Shown here piece after piece: positions 12,620-25,105 of a stretch of 64,000 bases of DNA; position 1 is the stretch's first letter, and each line of letters starts with the position of its first letter. Origin of the DNA: Octopus sinensis (taxonomy: Eukaryota). Position numbers and translations under genes: made by a program. The notes beneath the pieces are model-generated. The model was given only the letters and a program-made list of their open reading frames with translations, ran no database searches and had not been told where the DNA came from. The stretch lies in NCBI RefSeq assembly GCF_006345805.1, contig NC_042999.1:167400001-167464000 (forward strand). Reading direction: 5' to 3'.

Positions 12620-14559
12620 AAATCCTGCCTCAATTGAATATGCACTTTTATCCCTCCGCTGTCGATAAAATAAAATATCAATTAAGTACTTGGTTCAGGT
12701 CTTGTGTCTTTCTCAGAAGCAACTATTGTTTTAGGGCAGCAGATTAAACAAAGTACTTTTCGGTATTTTCTGCCCCCTTTACGTTCTAAAATTTACTTTC
12801 AACCCTCCCGGGATCCATAAGACCAAATTCAAGTCAAGTACTGGGGTTTGTGGTATCGATTAACACCCTCCTTGAAAACTGTTAGCCTCGTACCTAAATT
12901 AGAAATAAATATTTAATGGCGGAGAATCGGACAAAATGTCTTGCAATTGCTATACCAGACCTGAGTTCAAGTTCCTCAAAGGTTCAATTTGACTTGCTGG
13001 ATCGGTATATTGCATAAGTTACAGAGAGAGGAAATTTCACCTCACACAGTGACCCTCATTGAAACTATTGGAAGCTTTACTTCTACGCGGGTTAGACATA
13101 AAAGGTTTTTTTTTAATATTACAATTTTATCCTACCGCCTAAATATTAGTTAATAAAAAATCCCTCTGATCCACGCCTCCAAAATATTACAGTAAACAAA
13201 GCAAAATAACCATAAAATGAAGACACATTTTTAAAAATTGCTAATTGAATACGCAAAGAAATGAAGGAAAATTTGCATAATAACAGAATGCATATGCTTA
13301 CCAACAATAGCAAAAGGGTGTCCTTCGCAAACGTACTTTCAAACGAAAAAAGGAATAATAATGAAGAAAAGAAAAACCTCTAAATATAGAACATTTTTCT
13401 GAAAGATTAACAATATATTGTTCATCGAACTTGTGCCAATCTTCTATAAGTAATCACGAAGATTCGTGAGAGGAGAAAAGGATCTTACTTTTGCTTTACT
13501 AAGAACACAGAAAGCTTTCTTGTTTCCACAAACCAAAAGTGGGACAACACTGGCAGAGACTTGAGTGCAAAATCTTTCATTGGAGAAGGGAGAGCATAGG
13601 AGATTATATTATTTCACATGTAAAACAGAGAAAAGGGTGAAATCGCAAGACCAAATACAACGCGAAACATCTGGTTTCGCACTATTTGAGAAGAGAGAAG
13701 ATAATGGTCACTGTTAGAGACATCAGTGAGATGTCAAACCCTGGCTGATAGTCACTTTCCAGGGACAACATGAGCACGTAGACACTGCAGATGCAGCTTT
13801 CGGTATTTTGTGGACAAGTAGGATTAGTATCGACATATATGTTCTTAAAACACCGCAACGCCATAAAACGACGCTTGAGATGTGTTTCGTAGAAGACGCA
13901 GGGAAGATCTTAAAGCTCAGCATCTAAAGTAGATTACCTAGCTACCACACATGTAACAGCAAAATCGGTTGAAAAGCTTTTTGTACAGGAAGTTTTTTTT
14001 AAAAAAGCAACAATAAATCCTGGCGGTTGTTAGTCCTACAGCGACATCCGATAAGACTTGGGAATCGGCAAATGAAGTAGCCCGTCTTCATTATCAGAAG
14101 GGAATCATGCTTCTCAAAAGACTTCTTTACAGCCACAAACGACAAAGATAAGTAAAATCAGCCAATGCAGCAGCAACAGCAGCTGGTACTAAACGAACAT
14201 GAAGTGACCACCTCAAAGCACTACCACTCCATCTAATTATGAGAATAGTGGCTGACGGAAACAAGCTGATTTTCAAAAAGAAAAGACAAACGAAAAAAAA
14301 AGACTTAACAGAAAAATATTTAAAATAGTTATAAAAATGCAAGGTGAGCTACATTTTCTACGAAGAAGATATGCTCTCTGCTAAGTGAAAACTCTTATCT
14401 TATAAAGAAGAACCGATATTCAGTGAGAGGAGCCAGCCCTCAATCTGAAAGAAATTAAATTTACAGCCATTCGCAAGAAAAATAAATCTCTAATATATAT
14501 AATATACGCTAGAAATATACAATTTATAGAAGGAGCATCATGACAGCAATCCTTGAGTA

Positions 14560-15735
14560 CTTGAGTGTTCCAGCACTCTAGGACTTCATACTTCGAGTAG
14601 GTATAATGTTCTCTGTTTTTTTTTTCTTTTTCTATTCGTTTGACTCCGATGTTAAATGGACATGCTATGATGATCACAAGGCATGGATCTTTTTCTTGTC
14701 AATGATTACAGTATCTGGCATTCTGTGTCCTATTATTCTTTCGGTTGGTATAGTAAAATCCCACAACAACCTCATTTCCTTGTTTTCGATGGCTTGCATT
14801 TTGTATTCTTTCTGTGTTAACTGAGGCCATTTCGATACTCATATGTGCTTTGGGCACCTCTAAATTATCGCACTTATTACATTTGGACAATCAGTCTTGT
14901 TGATCTGTCGCGTCTTGGTGCCGTTTCCTTCGAGGCTCTGGCATTCTGCTGCCAACATCATTTTCTCCATTTTCTTCTTCTGGATGCTTTTCTTTAGTCA
15001 TAGTTTGCTTTGCTTGCAGAATCTGCTGTTTCCCGCGTGCGGTTTAGATTTTAAATTCTTTTTCATGGTACCTAAGTATCCTTTACTGAGCATTTCCTTA
15101 ATTCGTAGACCTCTTATTTTGTCACTTTCTAGCATCTCCAGATATCTGCATTTAATAGTCTTATATTTTCGTATCTCTATACCTTTTATAGTTTTCTTTT
15201 TCCTGCTTCATCCTATAATTTCGCATTTTTCGATTCCGGATACGATTCCCATATCGCTACTAAATATTCTTATGGGTACCAACAAGCAATCCATTTACTT
15301 CTTGTCTGTGCCAAAGAGCTTTAACTCATTCACAAATTGGAGATGATTCCCTTTTCTTCTATTTTCTCCCAAAGAGTGCTCTTCTTTAGCTTCTGGACTG
15401 CATCTCTCATAATCTTTCTCCTCCTCATGTTACCTCTACTCTCCAATAAGGTATTACGTTTTTAACCGACATTTAACCTTTTTCTAGTCCATGAAGATTT
15501 CTAGGCTCGTTTGATCCTCGACTGTAGGACTAACTCGTATGCTTTTCTTTAGTCAATCTACACAATCTTTTTCTGCAATTTCTTAAGACGCATTAATTGA
15601 TCTTTCGTTCCTTTGCTCTTTTTACAAACACCCTTTCTGCTCAACAAGCAACATGTGCTTCTTATATACGTGTTGATGTAACCTTTCTGCAATTATCCCC
15701 GTTATAGGTGCTGATATGTCACTTCGGCAAATAAC
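14560..15735 (-). mobile_element. Highly degenerate, internally deleted R4/Dong-like element
   Basis: Minus-strand remnants EQKGC..KGTKDQL, NHLQFVNELKLFG..IFSSDMGI..GIEKC and LWDFTIPTERIIGHRMPDTVIIDK; abuts (TTA)n at 15737-15783. Confidence 0.75.
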
Positions 15736-15783
<48 letters not shown>

Positions 15784-16446
15784 GCAATAGTCTTAGTTTA
15801 AATGTGCGTTTTTAGTGCACTACAGATCACTACTGAGAGCGCCTTGGGTATGTATTGTAGTTTGTTTTGATGTTGATATTTTTACTGTATTGAGTATATT
15901 TTTGCTACGACTGAGAAAGCGAAGTCATGACGGAACCGTATACTTTTATGCTTAAAGTCTCAGGGGAAAATTTGTTTACCGTCAAAAATATTCCTGAGCT
16001 AATATTATCCACTTCCTTGTGTGCAGGAACGCATTAAAAATAATGTACACATCATTATTTCGATTCTCTCTGCTTCCTGAGTTAATACAGAATTTATTCC
16101 ATCTTACTAAGCCTCAGGATTTGTGTGCCTAGCTCCAAATGACCGAGGAGAGAACTATAACCGCTGAGAAGAAATCGCGCCGAAACCTTATATTGATAGT
16201 CTGTTGTCGTTTGGAGTTCTGTGTGCTTTTACGCACAAAATTTATAGGAATAAATTTGGTCTCTGAGATAAAACCCTGCAATGAATGCTTATCACATTCA
16301 AGCTTGCAGGAGAGTGTTTAAAATTGATATACACATAATTACATGCTCGCGCACGCGTGTATGTATACATTCATACATACATACATACATACATATTCAT
16401 TTCCTATATATGTATATGAATATGCATACATACATAAATACATACA

Positions 16447-16466
16447 AAAAGAAAGGAAGAAAGGAA

Positions 16467-16524
<58 letters not shown>

Positions 16525-16526
16525 AA
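16447..16526. repeat. (GAAA)n/(GGAA)n microsatellite
   Basis: Direct reading. Confidence 0.9.
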
Positions 16527-17193
16527 TCACATATGAGTAGAGCATCCGCTCAAATGTCAATCAAGTCGGCGAGGGAAATTTAGAAGTTCCGATAAGCTCG
16601 GGGGGATTGTGTTGTAAAGAGTAATACCTTCCTCAGAAAGCATTTTGAGAGGCAGTATCGTCTCTTGCCATCTATTATTAGATAAAATATAACTTATTGA
16701 GCTGCTCAGAAACGTTATGCTCTGTCAGATAGAAGATTAGATAAATAATCTCTCGTCAGTGTTCAGTTATTCACCGGGTTATCAGGAATTATTGAGTATA
16801 CACCCACTTATTAGTGACAGCCAACTGATAAACGCATTTAAGGGTTAAGAGGGGGGGGAAGTTAGGTAGTAACTGTGTGGTATATACAACTGGAAATTCA
16901 CCAGTTAAAATGTAATACTGACTGCATTTCGTTACGTATATATCAATGCTTGCATACTTCGTTAGATACAGATGAGCTGATGTGGGACTGTGTAGCCATT
17001 AGTGCATTGGAGAGAACGTAGAGTAACAGCGTAAAAGAAACACTGCATAAGTAAGATTGTAGTAAAACCACAAAGAGAGCGAGCACTATTTTACTAACTG
17101 TTGTTTACGTCCTACGGCAAACAAATTACAAAAGACATGCGCGCGTACTCACACACACACGAGCACATGCATACATATGCTTGCACACATGTA

Positions 17194-17784
17194 CAAGGTG
17201 TTCGGGCTAAATTTGATAGTTTGCATAAAAGGAAAAGAAAACACAATATCCTGTGCAAAAATGAAGGTATTTTAAAAATCAAATTATATTAGAGCTTGGA
17301 GATAACGGCTTACTCAAAGTAGCAGCCGTCAGCTTTCAGCGTGGCCTCAAAAAGGCTCTCGAACCTGACGCATACCTTGCTTAGTGTGTCCCTGAGAAAA
17401 TCTTTGAACACTGCTATGATCTTGGCCACTATCTCAGCCTTGGTGTTGTAGGCAGAGCGGTTGGCGTCTTTCTTAAACACGCTTCCACTCCCTACACAGT
17501 AATCCATGGGACCTCAGTAGCAAAATCAGGCTGGAGAAGAGGTGTCTGTCACGAGATATGTTTGTGAAAAGATGGAAGCCTGTGGCATGCAAGCTGGGTG
17601 TGTTTGGCACCAGGTAAGTGTGACCGGATCAAAAAGTAAAGGTTCTACCCGGATGGCTGGGTGTCCGTCCTTCGACATGATCATTAATAATATTTTTAAA
17701 CATTGTCTTCGTAAAACTCATTGTTTATAATCTTATCCATAATTTCATTCGAAAATTTTAACTGTGTTAAGCTACTTCACCCTT
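17194..17784 (-). mobile_element. Internally deleted Tc1/mariner (DD37D/maT-like) element
   Basis: TA-flanked ends caaggtgttcgggctaaattt and caccctt; transposase C-terminus PMDY..NTKAEIVAKI..CVRFESLFEATLKADGCYFE (ORF 17310-17507). Confidence 0.75.
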
Positions 17785-17849
17785 TATATTTGTCTGTCCT
17801 TGTTTGTCCCCTCTTTGTAAATGCCTAAATGGCAAATTATATGAAATAA

Positions 17850-18200
17850 AGTAGCTTGCTAATCAACCACATGGTTCATGGTTCAGTCCCACTGCGTGGC
17901 ATCTTGGGTAAGTGTCTTCTACTATAGCCTCGGGCCGACCAATGCCTTGTGAGTGGATTTGGTAGACGGAAACTGAAAGAAGCCTGTCGCATATATGTAT
18001 ATATATATGTACTTGTGTGTATGTTTGTGTGTTTGTGTTTGTGCCCCTAGCATTGCTTGACAACCGATGCTGGTGTGTTTACGTCCCCGTCACTTAGCGG
18101 TTCGGCAAAAGAGACCGATAGAATAAGTACTGGGCTTACAAAGAATAATGGCCGCAGTCAAATGACTGAAACAAGTAAAAGAGTAAAAGAGTAAAGAGTA
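17850..18200 (+). mobile_element. tRNA-derived SINE family B (5'-truncated)
   Basis: ggttcagtcccactgcgtggcatcttggg, internal TA/TG microsatellite and gaaacaagtaaaagagtaaaagag tail. Confidence 0.85.
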
Positions 18201-18586
18201 TATCTTCAAATTTAATTTTCATTTTCCATTTATTGTTTCATTTTTAAATGCAGGCTAATAGTTTATAATTGATTTCACCTATGTGTGTGCGTGTGCGCGT
18301 GTAGTTGAAATGTTTGCATGGTACTAGACATGATCTCACTTCACTGCAACCTGAGAGTGGAATTTAGTAGACGGGAACTGTGCTGCTGTTGGTGATAAGA
18401 CATCTTGATTTGAACTTTCATATAGCTATGTAAAAAACATATGCTAATGATGGATTAGATTGCTGGCGATAAACTATGAACTAGGCTTTAATAAGTATTG
18501 ATGGGGATATAATATATTAAATGCTCTTGATGGTAATATCCCAGTATGTCCGCAATCCAGTACCCATCCCAGCAAAAAAGCATATA

Positions 18587-19110
18587 CAGGGTGTTCCGGC
18601 TAAATTTGGCGATTATATCTCTTTTGTCAGGAACAGCCTGATGTATTGGAGAACAGTCAACAATGTTGAATAGCATAAATATTAAAATTGTGGTTGAGGA
18701 AAAGTTGGATGACATGGAGGACTGGAAGCTAACTGAATATAGGGAAACGTTTACCAGTCTAATTGTGTTTCGCGTCGGGTATCAAAATGCTGACATCATG
18801 ACTGCTCCTCAATGCTCTGTGAACTCTGGACACCATGAAAACTGAGTTTCCTCAAACTATGATCTTTGGGTGTGTCTCTAGTGCTGTGCCACATTTTTGA
18901 ACGGGGCGGCTCAATTCGGATGGCTTTGTGAAGCTGCCAGAGACTATGATCCAACTCTGTTACGACAGAGTTGGTGTTGGAAGGCCATATGTGTGGCAGA
19001 TGGATTCGGCTTCTTGCCATACCTCCGAAAAGAATCAGAAGTGGTTGTCGGAGAATTTCTACGACTTCACCAGCCCCAATTTTCGGCCGCCTAATGCCCT
19101 CGATTGAAAT
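18587..19110 (+). mobile_element. Tc1/mariner DD37D-like fragment (left TIR plus catalytic core)
   Basis: TA|cagggtgttccggctaaattt TIR; GRPYVWQMDSASCHTSEKNQKWLSENFYDFTSPNFRPPNALD. With PMD from the other copy this gives 37 residues between the second and third D. Confidence 0.75.
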
Positions 19111-19111
19111 T

Positions 19112-19650
19112 GATGTCAATGTTCTCGGTAGCCACTGCGGCTACCGCAGAAAATATTTTGCTACAGTTATCAACATTGCTCTCCTCAAGAGCACTATTTT
19201 CGTGAATAATCTCAACAGACATTATTCTGTTGAAATTAGTAATAGACAACACAAAAATTACGAATATTGGTTTCCCACAAAACTGGGAAACATATAGAAA
19301 GTTTTTCTTCCAAAGCAGTTCAATGAGTGGTAAAAGCGCAGTTCAAAAATTTCAATTCCCACCCCCATTCGGGGGAAGGGCACGAAAATAGTCTGGCAAG
19401 ACTATATACAGTCACGTAGATAAAAAAGCCACAATGGCTAACAGTTCAACAGTAACAAATTATCCAATTATTCCCCGGTAAAAACGGAGAACAAGACAGT
19501 TCAACAACGTTCAAAAACAAATTTTCAGAAGTAAAATTCAACAATTTCCAGATGGTACGAAGTAATATTAACAACACAGCAAAACTCTTACCGGGAAGAA
19601 AACGCGTCCAAACCGTAGTAAGGTAAGCAAAGTCACTCTTCAGTCAGTGA
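19112..19650 (-). mobile_element. Probable 5' UTR and ORF1 start of a LINE
   Basis: Minus-strand MSVEIIHENSALEESNVDNCSKIFSAVAAVATENIDI (FSAVAA is typical of LINE ORF1 N-termini), preceded by a hairpin-rich leader. Confidence 0.35.
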
Positions 19651-19762
19651 GGTTAGCAAGCTACTTACCACACAGCCACTCCTGCGCCTATCACGCGTAT
19701 GTGTGCGTAAGTGTGTGTGTACGTGATGTAAAATACATAAAAATGGTATTAACACATATAAA

Positions 19763-20167
19763 GGCGCAGGAGTGGCTGTGTGGTAAGTAGCTTGTTAACC
19801 AACCACATGGTTCTGGGTTCAGTCCCACTGCGTGGCATCTTGGGCGAGTGTCTTCTGCTATAGTCCCGGGCCGACCAATGCCTTGTGAGTGGATTTGGTA
19901 GACGGAAACTGAAAGAAGCCTGTCGTATATATGTATATATATATGCGTGTGTGTGTTTGTGTGTCTGTGTTTGTCCCCCTAGCATTGCTTGACAACCGAT
20001 GCTGGTGTGTTTACGTCCCCGTTACTTAGCGGTTCGGCAAAAAAGAGACCGATAGAATAAGTACTGGGCTTACAAAGAATAAGTCCCGGGGTCGATTTGC
20101 TCGACTAAAGGCGGTGCTCCAGCATGGCCGCAATCAAATGACTGAAACAAGTAAAAGAGTAAAAGAG
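19763..20167 (+). mobile_element. Full-length SINE family B
   Basis: ggcgcaggagtggctgtgtggtaag A-box head, ggttcagtccc B-box and GTAAAAGA tail repeats. Confidence 0.9.
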
Positions 20168-20886
20168 AGAGAGTATACTGAAGATGCTCAGATGCATTTT
20201 ATTTCCGCTAATTTCGTTTCCATATCACCTTAAATGTAAATGAAAAGCTTTAAATTTAATTTTTCTTATTATATAAATGTATGTACTTCAGTTATATTCA
20301 AATATGTTCTTTTCGTTCATTTTGATCTGGTCTATTAATGAAATCAGATGCAACGAAGAGTCACAGATTATGAAAACATATTGACTCTGTGGTAAATAAG
20401 AATAGTCACGTGATGAAACATCAACAGTCCAGTTTCCGCTTGTTTTTTGTTTTTTTTGTTTTTTTTACTAGAACGCGAGCTACATGACAGGTGACTCGGG
20501 CTGTTATCTTCGTTTTGCTGGAAAACCAAACCAAAAAAAACAAGTCCTACCTACTTTGTTCTGTATATGCAAAGGTATGCAAATTTCAGCGGTTACGTTA
20601 ACAAAGAAACAGTTGAAGAATGAACCAGAGTTGTTTTTGTTCCAATAAATGTCACTGTTATTGCAAAAATATCTTCTGGTTAAGAAAATCAGTTTGCGAT
20701 AGAATGCAATAGCAACGCAGATAGAATATTAAATACAGAAAATAGTAATAGGCGAGATAGTTGAAACTTTAAGTTTAAAATCTTTTACTTAATCAGTCCT
20801 AATATTACAGTTTAGGAAAGTTTTAATAAAATCTTCCAAGAACAACAGTGAAAGAGAGATGGGAGAATGTCTGTCTTTTCAGTTTC

Positions 20887-20932
20887 TGGTCCTGAAGAAG
20901 GGATAAACATTCCGAAATGCATGCATCCACCA
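20887..20932 (+). ncRNA. Minimal type I hammerhead-like motif
   Basis: tggt-c-CTGAAGA-a-GGGA(taaaca)TTCC-GAAA-TGCATGCA-TC-c-acca; intact core and palindromic stem III. Confidence 0.6.
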
Positions 20933-21539
20933 ATCTGCCTACGGGGCGCTGACAACGAACTTGGCGAGTTTACACATATCTGTCTACAGAGAGGAATTTT
21001 CTTCGTGTCAAAATATAATGAACGGCTTACTTACGGGTTCGAATATGGCTCAAGCTTAGTAACAAGGAAAGTAAAAGACTTGTGATGATGATGATGATGA
21101 TTTCTATTATAAGCACAAGGACCGAAATTTTGGGAGAGTGGTGGGACTAGTCGATTTCATGATGATTTCTACGAGCTGACAAAAGGGATCTTCTATTCAG
21201 TCTCGACCTGCGAAAAAGGGTAGCCAGAGCTCCCTCAAATAAATTCCTACCGTCTTAGGTAAAGAAGGATTCACTAGACAAATTAAAACTTGATACACAA
21301 TAAGGATGGTGGTCACGGTTTGAACGTTTTCAATTAGAGGTCGACTAGATCAAAGTTGACCTTGAGATAATAAGAACAACAGAAACGGCAATGATGCCTT
21401 CCGTTTTCATAAATCTTTAATTAGACTTATAAAAGACGAGAATGGAGACTGCTTGGTGTTCATATCTTTCTTAAAACTCATTAGCAGCATGACAGAAGTA
21501 GAATGGATTCAATGTAAATTCTAATCTCAATTTCTCACT

Positions 21540-21823
21540 CTCTTTTTTTTTCTACTTCTTTCAGTCACTGGACTGTGGCCATGTTAGGGCACCGTCTTGG
21601 AGGGGTTTAATTCAACGAATCGACCTCAGTACTTATTTTTTAAAGCCTGGTACTTATTCTATTGGTCTCTTTTGCAGAACGGCTTGGTTACGGGGTCGTA
21701 AGTAAGCCCACACCGGTTGTTAAGCGGTGGTAAGGGACAAACACAAGCAGGTACACACACGTAGATATACATACACACACACACACACACACACTCTTTC
21801 TCTCTCACGCATACATCATATAC

Positions 21824-21854
<31 letters not shown>

Positions 21855-22060
21855 CATACATACATACATACATACACACATATATACACACATGTATGTA
21901 TACATCGGGCTTCTTTTAGTTTCTGTCAACCAAATCCACTCACTCGACTTTGGTTTGGTCGGCCCGGGACTATAGCAGAACACACTTTTCCAAGGTATCA
22001 CACAGTGACTGAACCCGGAACCATGTGGTTAAGAAAGAAATTTCCTATCACACAGCCAAA
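21540..22060 (-). mobile_element. SINE family B (diverged)
   Basis: Reverse complement of family B with an expanded internal CA/TACA microsatellite. Confidence 0.8.
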
Positions 22061-22514
22061 CCATGAATTAAATCTGGTACGTTCAAACAATTTATTGTTA
22101 GTTATTGCATTTTCACTCCTAAACTAAAATAGAAAAAAGAAAAAAAATATGTTCAACACTCCCACCCCCACCCCCTCAAAAACACCCACTTTGTAACTTG
22201 AAAATTAATGATAGTTAACCTGCGTGTCTGTCTGAGAAAAACCGACAGATTTAAGATACGAAATACTTCCAGTCTCATTGAGAAACACACTGACATTCAC
22301 AGACGTTACACATACTGGAGATAAATCGCAGCTGGAGAATGACATCATAATGATACACAGAAATAGATAGACCGATAACTTGAATGTCTCAACAGAAGTG
22401 AAATATTTTCTTCTATGCCAAATTTTCTCACTTGCGTATCGTTATCTTAACATCACTTAGGATGCAAGCCTTGTATTAATTAGAGCTGCAATAAATAAAT
22501 AAATAAAAATAATC

Positions 22515-23120
22515 GTTTCTAAGTTAAGGCGGGAGTACAACAAATTTGAGGGGAGGGAAGCAGTCGATAATATCGATTCAATATTTGGTTGGTACTTAAC
22601 TATATTAACTTTGTCGGTCTGGAACGATGAAAAGTAAAGTTAACTTCGGTAGGATTTGAACACAGCATGTATACAGACGGAAATGCCAATATGCTGCTTT
22701 CCGACGCTCCAAAGTCTCTCCTAATATATAATTCATAATAACAATGATGGTTAAACTTTTTCCACAAGGGCAGCCATTTGGGGGCAGAGGATGAGCCGAT
22801 TACATCGGCTACAGTGTTGAACTGGTATTTATTTTATCGACCTCGAAAGGATGACAGGTAAAGTCGAGATCGGTGGAATTTGAAGTCAGAACGTAGCGGC
22901 AGACGAAGTACCGCTAAGTATTTCGCCCAACATGCTAACGATTCTGCCAGCTCGTTGTCTGATTCATAATAATAATCCCTTCTACTGGAGGCAGAAGGCC
23001 TCAGATTTGTAGGGAGGAGACTGGTCGATTACATCGACCCTAATGTTTTATTGGTACTTAATTTATCGACCCCGAAAGGATGAAAGGCAAAGTCGACCTC
23101 GGAGGAATTTGAACTCAGAA
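22515..23120 (-). mobile_element. Cluster of three SINE family A copies
   Basis: Repeated aggatgaaaggcaaagtcgacctcggaggaatttgaactcagaa-type cores. Confidence 0.8.
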
Positions 23121-24906
23121 GAAAGTACTAAAGATGAGAAATCTAATGCAGAAGCTAGAAAGTCCTGATGTAATATTTGGTATAAGCCAATCAATCATAA
23201 TGGAGATGCAGTATGGTTAAAGAAAGTGAGGGAAGAAGTGGTGAGTGAGAAGCAGACAGAGCTAAGACTTACAAGTGCATTAGTGTGTAAAGTGTTAGGA
23301 AGAATGCCGAACTGGAAGGGGCCGAGATCAGATTTAGTTCAAGGGTATTGGTTAAAGAAATTTAGTAGTTTACATGGAAGGCTGAGTGAACAACTTCAGG
23401 ATTGCCTTAATGTAGTAATAATACCAGATTGGATGACTAGAGGGAGGACAATACTCCTTATGAAAGATAAAAGCAAGAGTTATACAGCTAGCAATTATAG
23501 ACCAATCACTTGCGTACCATTAGTGTGAAAACTGCTAACGATAATGCTTTCATAAAGCACTTACGAGCACCTTGACAACTAGAATTTACTGTTTGAAGAA
23601 GAGAAAGGTTGCAGGAAGAAGGTTAGAGGAATACATGGTCTATCATACATAGACAAAACAGTTCTAAATGAAATAAGAGCTTGAAGGAAAAATCATGGAT
23701 AGATTACAAAAAAGCCTATGACATGATAAAACACTCATGGATAAGTGAATGTTTGAGTATATTCAATAGAGCAGACAACATAAGAGAATTAATTAGCTTT
23801 AGCATGAAGAAATGGATAATAGTTCTCTACTCAGGTGACACAGTTTTAGGAAAGGTTAATATCAAGAGGGGAATTCTCCAAGGAGACTCGTTGTCCTCTT
23901 TAATATTTGTCTTATATTTGATCCCCCTCAGTTAAGTATGAAGGAAAACAAAGCAGGGTATCAGTTCAGAAATAGCAGGGGAAAATGAGCCATTTGCTCT
24001 ACATTGATGATCTGAAGCCTTTTAGTAAGAATGAAAAAAAACAAAGAGATAGATTTCTTAATACAGACTGTAAGGCTCTTCTGCAAAGAAATAGGCACTG
24101 AATTTGGCATAGATAAGTGTGCAATATTAGTCATGAAAAGGAGACAGGTAGTCAACAGTGACCAATCATTAGATCGTTAAAAGAAGGAGAGTGTTATAAG
24201 TATCTAAGAGTATTAGAATCTGACGGAATACTAACTATAGAAATGAAAACGAAGATTGAGAAGGAGTACATCAGAGGGGTAAGGTAGCTCATGAAGTCAA
24301 AGCTAAATGGTCCGAATCTAGTGAAAGCTGTAAATACTTGGGCAGTATCATTACTCAGCAGCTTTTGTAGATTGGACAAAAACTGAATCAGCAAAGCTAG
24401 ACAGAAGAATTAGGAAGGAATTCAATATGAATGGAAGACTCCACCAAGTGCAGGAGTAACAAGATCATGCTTACCTAGGAAGGAAGATAGAAAAGGGTTA
24501 ATATCGGTAGAAGACTTCGTGGAGTTAGCTAGAGTAGATATGGACTCCTATGTAGGTAATAGTGAAGAAAGTTTATTGAAAGCTGCAAGACATGTGGAAG
24601 CCAGAAAAAAAAAACAAAGTTAAAAATCAAAAAAAGGAACAAAAGTCATCTGACTAGCAGGAGAAGGTTTTGCTTGGTAGGTTCCCAAAGGTAGTTGCAG
24701 CAAACAGTATTAGTGAGACATGGTTATGATTGCAGAAAGGAAGGCTGAAAAGGGAGACAGAAAGTTCGTTAATAGCCACACAAGTTCAAGCGTTAAGGAT
24801 TAATTGGATAATGTAGGTTATGCAAACCAAAAGAGAAAAGTGTTACTCATATAGTAAGTGAATGTAGTATACTGGCACAGAAAGAATATAAGAAAAGACA
24901 TGACAA
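23121..24906 (+). mobile_element. Degenerate R4/Dong-like RT region (second family)
   Basis: MPNWKGP..VQGYWLKKF, ASNYRPITC, WIDYKKAYD, RGILQGDSLS, YIDDLK and LAQKEYKKRHD; many stops. Confidence 0.85.
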
Positions 24907-25039
24907 TTAAGTTTCAAATTAGCTGAATCCGTTTCCCAACTCATCAACTCATCGCAACATACAGCTGGCCGGGCGTGAACATGGGAGAGGGCAGAAACAC
25001 ACCAACGCGATCCAAAGTCGTAGATGGGTAAGTTTGCTA

Positions 25040-25101
<62 letters not shown>

Positions 25102-25105
<4 letters not shown>

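Noticed and set aside
13240-14300. Possible LINE ORF1 remnant (similar impression at 55880-56930)
   Set aside because: Coding-like, but too degenerate to show a diagnostic motif.
16590-16830. Cluster of WGATAR motifs as an enhancer
   Set aside because: Such motifs are common by chance in AT-rich DNA, and there is no other support.
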